A DNA stretch of 47,630 bases from Deltaproteobacteria bacterium (GTDB taxonomy: Bacteria > Myxococcota_A > Polyangia > JAAYKL01). This document shows positions 34,450 through 41,840 of the stretch, one piece after another. The stretch spans positions 1 through 47,630 of the forward strand of contig JAUVAN010000002.1 in assembly GCA_030591725.1 (NCBI GenBank), given 5' to 3'. The translations under genes and the position numbers were made by a program. Below the pieces are notes generated by a model. It was not told the DNA's origin, made no database searches, and saw only the letters and a list, made by a program, of their open reading frames with translations. Every line of letters begins with the position of its first letter. Within the stretch, counting starts at the first letter, position 1.

Positions 34450-36870
34450 CTACCAGGTTTTCGGCATATCGATGGACTGGATGAAGGCGTAGTCCTCCGG
34501 CGTGGCCGCGTGGAGGATGCGGTACATGCTGCTCAGCGCGTGATAGGTGTAGTCGATTCGCTGCTTGTTGTGGTTCATGCAGTATCTGACCGCGCCTTTG
34601 GCCTTCTTTGGGTTTGGGTAGTAATAGTCGTTCTCGCCGGGCCTCGTCTGCATTTGGATGATGAACCTGGCCGACAGGAGCGCTCCCTTGCGAAGCTTCT
34701 CGACCACCTCCTTCGGGGCGCCCCCTCTATGCGCCAGAACGTACGACGCAGCGGTCCCCTCGGTATAAACAAAGGCGTGCATCGCCGGCAGCTCGTCGAG
34801 CACCTTCATGTACCCGCCGAGGTAATCCGGATAGAACGAATTTGTCTCGTTGAATTGATAGGTGTCCAGAACCCACATGGACACCAGGTTGGAGGCCTCC
34901 ACGTAAGATGGATCCGGATCGTACCGATGCATCTCCTCCATGGCCATGGCGATCCAGGGCTGAAACTGCACCAGGTTCGTTCGCCGGTCTTCCACGTAAG
35001 TGCCGTCCGGCTCCTTCTGTTCCATCTCCTGCTTGAACCAGTCCAGGTTCTTCTTCATGGACGCCTTGAACGCCGTGCGAAATCGTTCGTCCCTCGTCTC
35101 GCCGAACAGCCGCGCCATGGCGTAGAGGATCTCCCCGGGATAGATGGAATTCCGAGTGGCGTAGTACTTGTTTTGCCTCGCCACGTAGTAGTGGTGAAAC
35201 GAGCCATCGTCCTTCTGCATGTAGAGAAGTAAATTCGCCAGCCCCTTGAGGACCTTCTCCCCTTTTTCGGAGAGCTCCCAGCCGACGCGCTTGTACTGGG
35301 AATAGCCGAGAATGGCCACGGACACGCCTCCCATTTTGGAGGCCCAGTCCTCGCCTTTCAAGTCGTCGAACTCGTTCTCGTCCACCTCGTAAATTGCCAC
35401 GTCGGGCCCCGGAAGCGGCTTGCCCATCCACGTATCGATGGAGTTATCGATCTCTCCAGCGCCCTTCCTGGGAGCGCCGCCCCAGCGTATGCGATCCTCG
35501 ATGTAGCGCATGCCCGAGTCGGCCACTTCCTTGTACCTGGGGTCTGGAGCGAACTCCTGCGTGAGGGCCATGGAGAAGGGCCCGAGGGTGTGACGAACCG
35601 AGTTGTACTCGTCGTTTTCCTTGTCCTTCGTGGGGAAGTACCGGTAGATGCAGCGGCCGCTCGGGTAGACCTGGTTGTCCGCCAGCCAGTCGTTCAGCCC
35701 CACCAGGGATTTGAGAATGTTCTCCTTTGTGACCATCCCGGTTGAAGGCACATTCGGCGAGGCCCGGTAGAGATCCTCTATTTTTCCACCCGGCGAGCGC
35801 TCGCGCCAGTGAACCGTCCGAAAGCGCCCGATGGAGCGATCGGCATCAGTCCAGCACTCCGAGTCCTCGCGGCCCATTCTCTTGCACATCCGTTCGAGTA
35901 TGGACTTTATGGTTCGCAGGTTGTTGGTCACCGTGTACCAGGGTGGGAGTTGCCGGAGCCTGCCGCCCGTCTTCATCCTCACACCGTAAATCCCGGGCTC
36001 TATGATTCGCCACAGGAAGATGTTGTCCCTGACCCCGACGAATGTTCCCTCATCGTAGACAACTTCAAATTCCAGGGTCACCTTGCTTTCGAGGGCCTTT
36101 TCCAGCGGCCCGAACTCCTCGTCGAAACCCTTTGAGTCCCAGTAGTCGGAGAGCTTGCTCGCCCCCTTTTTCGCCGATTCCTCCAGCGTATCCTCGTCGA
36201 GCGTGAAAAAGACCAGGTGCCTCCCTTGCACCTTGCGCACGGTGAGTATTGTCTTCCACCCGTTCTTTGCGGTCAGGATGTCAGTCGACTTCGGAGCCTC
36301 CACCCCTTCAACTCCCAGATCGTGCCGCACCATCTGAATGACAGCGGCCTTCTCCTTCATTGTAAGGGACGGCGCCGGCTCGTCGATCTCGTACAGAAAG
36401 AACCTCTTGCTCATCAGCGTGGCGTTGAGCCTTCCGGCCGCGTGGGCGAGGGCCAGCCGGTTGCGCACGTTGTTCAGGGGCATGGGGTTTCTCACGGTGA
36501 TGGATGGATCCACCAGCACGTGCGCGATCTTCGCTTTTTTGATCAGATCTATCACCGCGTCCACGTCCACGCCGTCCAGGGCCGCCTCCAGCCCTTTCAC
36601 ATCCTCGACCCCGACGATCTCGGTTCCCTTCGCGGTGATGTCTTTCACCGCCGGACCGATGGCCACGGTTCGCCCCAGATCCTCGAACTCCGTGCCCCCC
36701 TCCAGCTTCTCGAGGGCGGCATCGCCCTGTGGATCGGATGGGCCCTTGCTCTTGTTTATCATGAACCACGCCAGGGTGGCCGCCACTACCACGGCTATTC
36801 CGATGATCATCGGGCTGGGCCCGGATCCGGACGGCCGACCTTGCTTTTTTTTCTTTTTTTCGGACTTCAC
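34450..36870 (-). CDS. Membrane-anchored 806-aa protein with C-terminal alpha/alpha-toroid-like (prenyltransferase/squalene-cyclase-repeat-like) region
   Basis: A GTG start is in a GTGA overlap with the upstream stop. The Lys-rich N-terminus ([12 protein letters not shown]) is followed by one TM segment (MIIGIAVVVAATLAWFMI). The C-terminal region has LLYMQKDDGSFHHYY (Q..DGSF type) and is helical and aromatic-rich. The functional call is weak. Confidence 0.45.
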   Translation of the reverse strand: MKSEKKKKKQGRPSGSGPSPMIIGIAVVVAATLAWFMINKSKGPSDPQGDAALEKLEGGTEFEDLGRTVAIGPAVKDITAKGTEIVGVEDVKGLEAALDGVDVDAVIDLIKKAKIAHVLVDPSITVRNPMPLNNVRNRLALAHAAGRLNATLMSKRFFLYEIDEPAPSLTMKEKAAVIQMVRHDLGVEGVEAPKSTDILTAKNGWKTILTVRKVQGRHLVFFTLDEDTLEESAKKGASKLSDYWDSKGFDEEFGPLEKALESKVTLEFEVVYDEGTFVGVRDNIFLWRIIEPGIYGVRMKTGGRLRQLPPWYTVTNNLRTIKSILERMCKRMGREDSECWTDADRSIGRFRTVHWRERSPGGKIEDLYRASPNVPSTGMVTKENILKSLVGLNDWLADNQVYPSGRCIYRYFPTKDKENDEYNSVRHTLGPFSMALTQEFAPDPRYKEVADSGMRYIEDRIRWGGAPRKGAGEIDNSIDTWMGKPLPGPDVAIYEVDENEFDDLKGEDWASKMGGVSVAILGYSQYKRVGWELSEKGEKVLKGLANLLLYMQKDDGSFHHYYVARQNKYYATRNSIYPGEILYAMARLFGETRDERFRTAFKASMKKNLDWFKQEMEQKEPDGTYVEDRRTNLVQFQPWIAMAMEEMHRYDPDPSYVEASNLVSMWVLDTYQFNETNSFYPDYLGGYMKVLDELPAMHAFVYTEGTAASYVLAHRGGAPKEVVEKLRKGALLSARFIIQMQTRPGENDYYYPNPKKAKGAVRYCMNHNKQRIDYTYHALSSMYRILHAATPEDYAFIQSIDMPKTW

Positions 36871-37556
36871 GGGTTCTCCTGTCGGTTGATCGCGCGAGCC
36901 AGCAATCGCCGCAGGCCCAGCTCGGTCTTCATGTCCTCGATTTCACCTGAGTCGCACATCCTGCCGGCCTCGACAAGCGGCACCCACCAGATCTCCGCAT
37001 TCTCCTCCACCGGACTGCCGTCTCCACGCGGAACAATCCTCGAACTCGGGTCTTCTATGGTGGCGCGCACGAACCAGAGCCGCTCCGGAATCACTCCCGG
37101 TGACACGAACGACGCGCCCGGCAGGATCTCGAACGACTCCGCGTCCACGGAATAGCCGGTCTCCTCCATGGCCTCCGCTCTCGCCCGACTTCTGATCCCG
37201 TCCAGCCCCGTATCCTCCTGTTCGAGGAGGCCCGCCGGCAGCTCCCACAGAAAATCGTAGCGTTGGTTCTCCGGCACGGGAAGATGGAGCCCCTCACGAA
37301 GGAGCAACGGGGGCCGGATGCACGATCGCAGGCACACGCAATCCCGCCCGTCCACTCTTCCCACCAGCAGCATGACGACCGCGTCGATCCATTTTCTGAG
37401 CACCGCGTCGTACGAATATTCCCGGCTCACCTCGCCGTCCAGGTACGTGTTCTGAATACGCAGGTGATGCAGGGACAGGAACTTTTTTTCCGTCAGCGAG
37501 GGAGCGTCCTGCCGATGCGTTATCGTGACCTTCTCGACATGCCCGGGTTTTTTCAA
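36867..37556 (-). CDS. Nudix hydrolase (ADP-ribose pyrophosphatase-like)
   Basis: The Nudix box is [27 protein letters not shown] (Gx5Ex7REuxEExGu with A at one E). A TTG start is in a TTGA overlap with the tal stop, so the start is uncertain. Confidence 0.7.
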   Translation of the reverse strand: MKKPGHVEKVTITHRQDAPSLTEKKFLSLHHLRIQNTYLDGEVSREYSYDAVLRKWIDAVVMLLVGRVDGRDCVCLRSCIRPPLLLREGLHLPVPENQRYDFLWELPAGLLEQEDTGLDGIRSRARAEAMEETGYSVDAESFEILPGASFVSPGVIPERLWFVRATIEDPSSRIVPRGDGSPVEENAEIWWVPLVEAGRMCDSGEIEDMKTELGLRRLLARAINRQENP

Positions 37557-38197
37557 CTCGGAACCTTCTCCCAGTCCGCCATGAACTTCTCTATTCCAAT
37601 ATCGGTCAGAGGGTGTTTGAGGAGCTGCGAAAGGACGTTGGGAGGAACGGTGGCCACGTGGGCGCCCATCTGGGCCGCCTCGATGAAGTGCAGGGGATTT
37701 CGGATGGAGGCGACGAGCACCTGTGTCTCGAAATCGTAATTGTCGTAGATCTCCATCATCTCCTCGATCAGGCCCATCCCCTGCGCGGAGATATCGTCCA
37801 GCCTCCCGACGAACGGGCTGATGTACGTGGCGCCCGCCTTGGCGGCGAGCAACGCCTGTGGAGAGGAGAAACAGAGCGTGACGTTGGTCTTGATCCCCTC
37901 GGCGGACACTACCTTGACCGTCTTGAGACCCTGCGCGGTCATGGGGATCTTGACCACGACGTTGGGGTGGATTTTCGCCAGCTCGCGTGCCTCGACGATC
38001 ATCTCCGGCGCGTTGGGCGAAACGGCCTCGGCGCTGATGGGCCCATCGACGATGTCGCAGATCTCCCGCACCACCTCCTCGAACTTCCTGCCGGTCTTTG
38101 CGATGAGCGAGGGGTTGGTAGTCACGCCGTCGATGATCCCGATCTCTGCGTGCTCGCGAATCAGCTCAACGTCCGCCGTATCGATGAATATTTTCAT
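37553..38197 (-). CDS. tal: Short-type transaldolase / fructose-6-phosphate aldolase
   Basis: Contains [15 protein letters not shown]...[22 protein letters not shown] (Schiff-base Lys), [22 protein letters not shown] and [15 protein letters not shown]. It is collinear with Bacillus-type Tal/FSA. The RBS is AAAGGAG. Confidence 0.93.
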   Translation of the reverse strand: MKIFIDTADVELIREHAEIGIIDGVTTNPSLIAKTGRKFEEVVREICDIVDGPISAEAVSPNAPEMIVEARELAKIHPNVVVKIPMTAQGLKTVKVVSAEGIKTNVTLCFSSPQALLAAKAGATYISPFVGRLDDISAQGMGLIEEMMEIYDNYDFETQVLVASIRNPLHFIEAAQMGAHVATVPPNVLSQLLKHPLTDIGIEKFMADWEKVPS

Positions 38198-38296
38198 TTG
38201 AAGCTCCTTTTCAATTCGTAAAGAAGTGCTTTACCCCATAACGAATAAAAAGTCTGTAGGGGCAACCCTCTGCCATGCTGCGGCCCGTCCCTCGTT

Positions 38297-38327
38297 CCGC
38301 GGCGTAAACGCCGCGGTCAGGATGCGC
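38297..38327 (+). repeat. REP-like palindrome (type B copy)
   Basis: ccgcggcgtaaacgccgcggtcaggatgcgc is identical over 31 nt to 47221..47251. It has an 8-bp stem CCGCGGCG/CGCCGCGG with a TAAA loop. It is intergenic, lying just 3' of the FHA gene stop (38353). Confidence 0.85.
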
Positions 38328-38352
38328 GGGCGCAAGGCGAGGGAGTGGGGTC

Positions 38353-39366
38353 TCACGTAAACAGAAATACCAGTCCGGCAACCGCCGCAACGACGATGAT
38401 AGCGCCGATGATTATCAGGCCCAGATCGCTGCCCGGCTCGATCGGGGGCCGGGGCATCTCGTGGGTCGTGCGCAGGTATCCCGGCTGGCCCGGATAACTC
38501 AGGGGATCCTCCGGCCCCACGGGAATCGTAGGTTCTTTGACCGGCTCCGTGGGATCCTGTTTTGCGGGAGATACCGCTTCAACAGGAGGCTCGGTGTCAC
38601 GCTCATTTTTCTCTATCAAGAACGACGACGTCTCCTCCTCGGGGGCCTCCTGGATGGACGCGAGCAGCTCGTCCGCCGGATGCTCCAGGGCCAGGGTGGT
38701 GTTGCCGACGACAAAAGACTGTCCCGACTCCAGCTCCAGCGTCTCCACCCGCTGCCCGTCGACCACGATACCGTTCTTGCTTCCCAGATCGTTCACCCGG
38801 ATCACTCCATCTTCAAAAACTATCTCGGCGTGGGCTCTGGACAGATCCCGATCTTCCAGTTGTATATCCATGTCCCGCGTGCGGCCGATCACCATCCTCG
38901 ACGGCGCGGGAGGGATCTCGAACCGCCCCGCCTTGCCCGGCCCGCCGAGCACCAGGATCGTGGGCAACCGACCTCGGGAGGAAGCCCCGGTGAGCAACGA
39001 GGCCACCATGCGACGCGCCTGACGGGTGGACTCCGCGCCCACGTCCATGGGAATGGGAAAGACGCCGAGACTGAAGCGGATCTTGAAATCCGCCGCGTGG
39101 ATGACGTCCTCGTTGTGCAGGATCTTCGGGCGATGGGCGACCAGTTTTTTGCCCGCGATGTACGTGCCGTTCAGACTTCCGAGATCGACGACCTTGTAGT
39201 CGTTTCCCTCTACCTTGATCTCCAGGTGCCTGGTCGAGACGGCCATATCCGGGAGGCAGATATCACACGATCTGGCGCGACCGATGACCACCCGATCCTG
39301 AACGAACCCCCGGACATGCTCGGCGTCCGGGTCGTTCGGGTCGACGATGGTGAGCCTGATCGTCAT
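38353..39366 (-). CDS. Double FHA-domain protein with C-terminal transmembrane anchor
   Basis: Contains VVIGRARSCDICLPDMAVSTRHLEI...VVDLGSLNGTYI and MVIGRTRDMDIQLEDRDLSRAHAEI...VNDLGSKNGIVV. The C-terminus is LGLIIIGAIIVVAAVAGLVFLF. Confidence 0.85.
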   Translation of the reverse strand: MTIRLTIVDPNDPDAEHVRGFVQDRVVIGRARSCDICLPDMAVSTRHLEIKVEGNDYKVVDLGSLNGTYIAGKKLVAHRPKILHNEDVIHAADFKIRFSLGVFPIPMDVGAESTRQARRMVASLLTGASSRGRLPTILVLGGPGKAGRFEIPPAPSRMVIGRTRDMDIQLEDRDLSRAHAEIVFEDGVIRVNDLGSKNGIVVDGQRVETLELESGQSFVVGNTTLALEHPADELLASIQEAPEEETSSFLIEKNERDTEPPVEAVSPAKQDPTEPVKEPTIPVGPEDPLSYPGQPGYLRTTHEMPRPPIEPGSDLGLIIIGAIIVVAAVAGLVFLFT

Positions 39367-39369
39367 GCC

Positions 39370-41613
39370 CTACTCCGTGGCGACGCCCGTGGCGACGCCC
39401 GCGCCCGCGTCGGGCTCGTCATTCTTCCGGTACTCCTCCGGCAGGAACTGCGCGTCGTCCCCGTACTCCACGTCGGGCTTGGGCATGTAGTTCTCTATGG
39501 GGGAGCGCTGCTTTCCTCGAATCTTTCCCCGGAGCACCTCCACCGGGACCGGTTTTTGAAGCTCGTACTTGTAGCCACGGGATCGGAGGGTGATGGTGAA
39601 GCTCTCCTCGTCCACCTCTCCTGTGCGACTGAATCCCGCGTGCGTTTGCCCGACGCGCCTGAACTCCACGCGCCGCAGCACGAAATCGAACATCCGGATA
39701 GCCAGGTGATTGTAGAGGCGATGGCATCCGTGGGAGTACCTCCTCAGGATGGAGTTGTAGTCCACGGAGCCGTGGGACCTGATCCCGTTGTCCAGGTATC
39801 GGAACTCCCCGTTCTTTCGCTCTATCTGCCTCACGTGGAACGCGGCGACCAGACCGTAGGCCGAGCCGTACCAGGGCCCGAACTCGTCGTAGTTGGGCAC
39901 CCGTACCTTGCGGCCGCGAAAGGTCACCGTCTTTACCATATCGCCCACCGGGGTCGTCTCCGGCGGAAGCCAGACCGGTCCGGCGACAATATCCTTCCAC
40001 ACCCGCACGCCCACGTCCGAATTCTTGTACTTGTAGTATTCGTAGCCGTCCGGGGCGAGCTCCGTGCGCCAGGAACCGATGGTGGTGTTCATGGTGACCA
40101 GCGGTATTTCCTGCCCGTTCCATCGAACAAGGAGCGTGTTCATGGGCATACGCTTGCGGGACTGGGGCCGCTTTTTACCGTCCATGTTGTACAGGTAGTC
40201 GTACCAAATATCACCGCGATCGATGATCGACTTGAGGTCCATCCTGTCGGAGTAATAGGGTGGCAACGACGGCAACGGAACCGCCACGAAGAAACGATCG
40301 AGCCGGCTGTCCGAAGCGGCCGTGAGGAAATCCACGACCTTCTGTGGGGCGCCGAGATCCATGTGCTTGAGCAGGTGCGCCGTATACTCCGCCACCAGGT
40401 TGGGGACCGGGTGAACCTCGCCCTTCTCGTCCTTGTAGGTCGCCTTCTTCCCCTCCGCGTCCACCGCAGATCCGTCCTCGATGATCCCCATGGCGTCCAC
40501 GATACGCTCCGCAACGACCCTGTTGAATGAATCGTACAGACGCTCGCGCGGCGTCTTCTGCAGAGCCTGGAGGGTCTCCTTGCCCAGGAATCCCCACGCG
40601 AAGATGCGGTTCTTTTTCTCGAACGCGGACAGGGCCTGGTGTGTCTTCCAGTCGAGCCCGCCCTTCTGGAAATACTGCCCGGGACTCAGATCGAACATCC
40701 CCTCGCAGACCAGCAGCTTTTGCGCTTCCATCATCGCCTCGTAGCGCATGGCGATGCGGATCAGTCCCCCTGACATCTTGTTCTCCGGGTTGCTCGCCAG
40801 GTCCAGCGGATCCTCCACGCCGAGCTTCTCCATCTGATCGCGCATCTTCTTCGCGAAGGTGCGACCCTTCTTGGCCTCCGCCTTCGCCGCGTCCTTGCTT
40901 CTGTACGACACGAAGCCGTCGAACCTCCTGATGGCGTCGAAATCAACATCGTCGTAACACGGGCGATCGATCTCCTCCACGGCCCGGCGCCGCAGGACGG
41001 AGAGGCTCGGCGGGATCCCGTACACCTCCAGAAAATGCTCCGAATCGCCCGCGCCGCTCTTCGGCCCCGCGTCGGGAACCTCCTCACCGGTCCCGGCGTC
41101 CTCCGGATCGAGGCCCAGGAGCTCCCGGATCTCCTCCTCGCTCACGCCCTCCTGTCGAAGCTCAAATATCCTGGCGTTTCTCGCGCGCCTGATCCTCGTC
41201 TCCACCACCCTTCGCGCCTCGGCCATGGTGCGCGATTCGTAGTGCCAGTCGTTGGCCAGCTTGCGGTAGATGGGCCGAAACTCGTTGGGCAACCGCTCTT
41301 CGCCCGGCCCGTCCCGCTCGGAGAAGATGAACGGCACCCAGTAATTGCTCAGATCGATCACCGACAGGCCCTCGGCCAGCGCCTGTCCCTCGGTCATCTC
41401 TGTAGCCACCCCGTCCCGGTACGCAGTCACCGGCCTGCCCCCCGGCGGAGGCGGAGGGGGCTCGGCATCGTGGTCGAGAACGCCCGCATCCAGAACAACC
41501 GTCAGAGTGGAGGAACCCGCCGGACCGCCCCGTGTTTTTTCAGCCTTGTCGTCGCCACATCCGGCGACGGTCATCAGGGCGATTGAAACGGCGCATAAAA
41601 AGAGTTTTTTCAT
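39370..41613 (-). CDS. Large lipoprotein with L,D-transpeptidase (YkuD) catalytic domain
   Basis: ATG 41613 gives MKKLFLCAVSIALMTVAGC. GIRSHGSVDYNSILRRYSHGCHRLYNHLAIRMFDFV is the H...SHGC.R catalytic motif. THQALSAFEKKNRIFAWGFLGKETLQAL resembles a PG-binding helix pair. The stop is 4 nt from the FHA start. Confidence 0.75.
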   Translation of the reverse strand: MKKLFLCAVSIALMTVAGCGDDKAEKTRGGPAGSSTLTVVLDAGVLDHDAEPPPPPPGGRPVTAYRDGVATEMTEGQALAEGLSVIDLSNYWVPFIFSERDGPGEERLPNEFRPIYRKLANDWHYESRTMAEARRVVETRIRRARNARIFELRQEGVSEEEIRELLGLDPEDAGTGEEVPDAGPKSGAGDSEHFLEVYGIPPSLSVLRRRAVEEIDRPCYDDVDFDAIRRFDGFVSYRSKDAAKAEAKKGRTFAKKMRDQMEKLGVEDPLDLASNPENKMSGGLIRIAMRYEAMMEAQKLLVCEGMFDLSPGQYFQKGGLDWKTHQALSAFEKKNRIFAWGFLGKETLQALQKTPRERLYDSFNRVVAERIVDAMGIIEDGSAVDAEGKKATYKDEKGEVHPVPNLVAEYTAHLLKHMDLGAPQKVVDFLTAASDSRLDRFFVAVPLPSLPPYYSDRMDLKSIIDRGDIWYDYLYNMDGKKRPQSRKRMPMNTLLVRWNGQEIPLVTMNTTIGSWRTELAPDGYEYYKYKNSDVGVRVWKDIVAGPVWLPPETTPVGDMVKTVTFRGRKVRVPNYDEFGPWYGSAYGLVAAFHVRQIERKNGEFRYLDNGIRSHGSVDYNSILRRYSHGCHRLYNHLAIRMFDFVLRRVEFRRVGQTHAGFSRTGEVDEESFTITLRSRGYKYELQKPVPVEVLRGKIRGKQRSPIENYMPKPDVEYGDDAQFLPEEYRKNDEPDAGAGVATGVATE

Positions 41614-41726
41614 GTTTATCCTGCCTTGACGTTTCATATCAGCGCAGGGGTTTGGGCTCAAGTTAGGAGCATTCTCCACGCAAGCCCCCTATCCCCGGCC
41701 CCCGGTGTGAAAACCTATCCCCCCAG

Positions 41727-41751
41727 CCCCCTTTCCTGCGAGGAAAGGGGG
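41727..41751 (-). terminator. Stem-loop CCCCCTTTCC-tgcga-GGAAAGGGGG downstream of the adhesin gene
   Basis: A perfect 10-bp stem. There is no U-tract on the minus strand, so terminator function is uncertain. Confidence 0.35.
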
Positions 41752-41768
41752 AGAAGGGTAAGGCTGTT

Positions 41769-41791
41769 CCCCTTCCCGTAGAGGGAAGGGG
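41769..41791 (-). terminator. Stem-loop CCCCTTCCC-gtaga-GGGAAGGGG downstream of the adhesin gene
   Basis: A perfect 9-bp stem located 50 nt after the stop at 41841. Its sequence is related to the neighbouring hairpin. Confidence 0.35.
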
Positions 41792-41840
41792 GCAGGGGAT
41801 GGGTTTCGAAAGAAGGGACCTGGAAAGAGCGCTACGTCTC

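Noticed and set aside
38461-40530. A very long plus-strand ORF (689 aa), plus similar long ORFs at 17430..18743, 26340..27791, 28740..29771, 34189..35232, 36217..37155, 37613..38221, 21973..23076(-), 8605..9672(-), 7635..8597(-), 13365..14270(-), 21278..22039(-) and 24864..25457(-).
   Set aside because: All lie antisense to genes with clear family motifs (FHA, YkuD, PhoH, HD-GYP, kinase, rpe, tal and others). They have the Arg/His/Leu/Gly/Val-rich composition typical of stop-poor antisense frames in GC-rich DNA, and contain no motif I could recognise.
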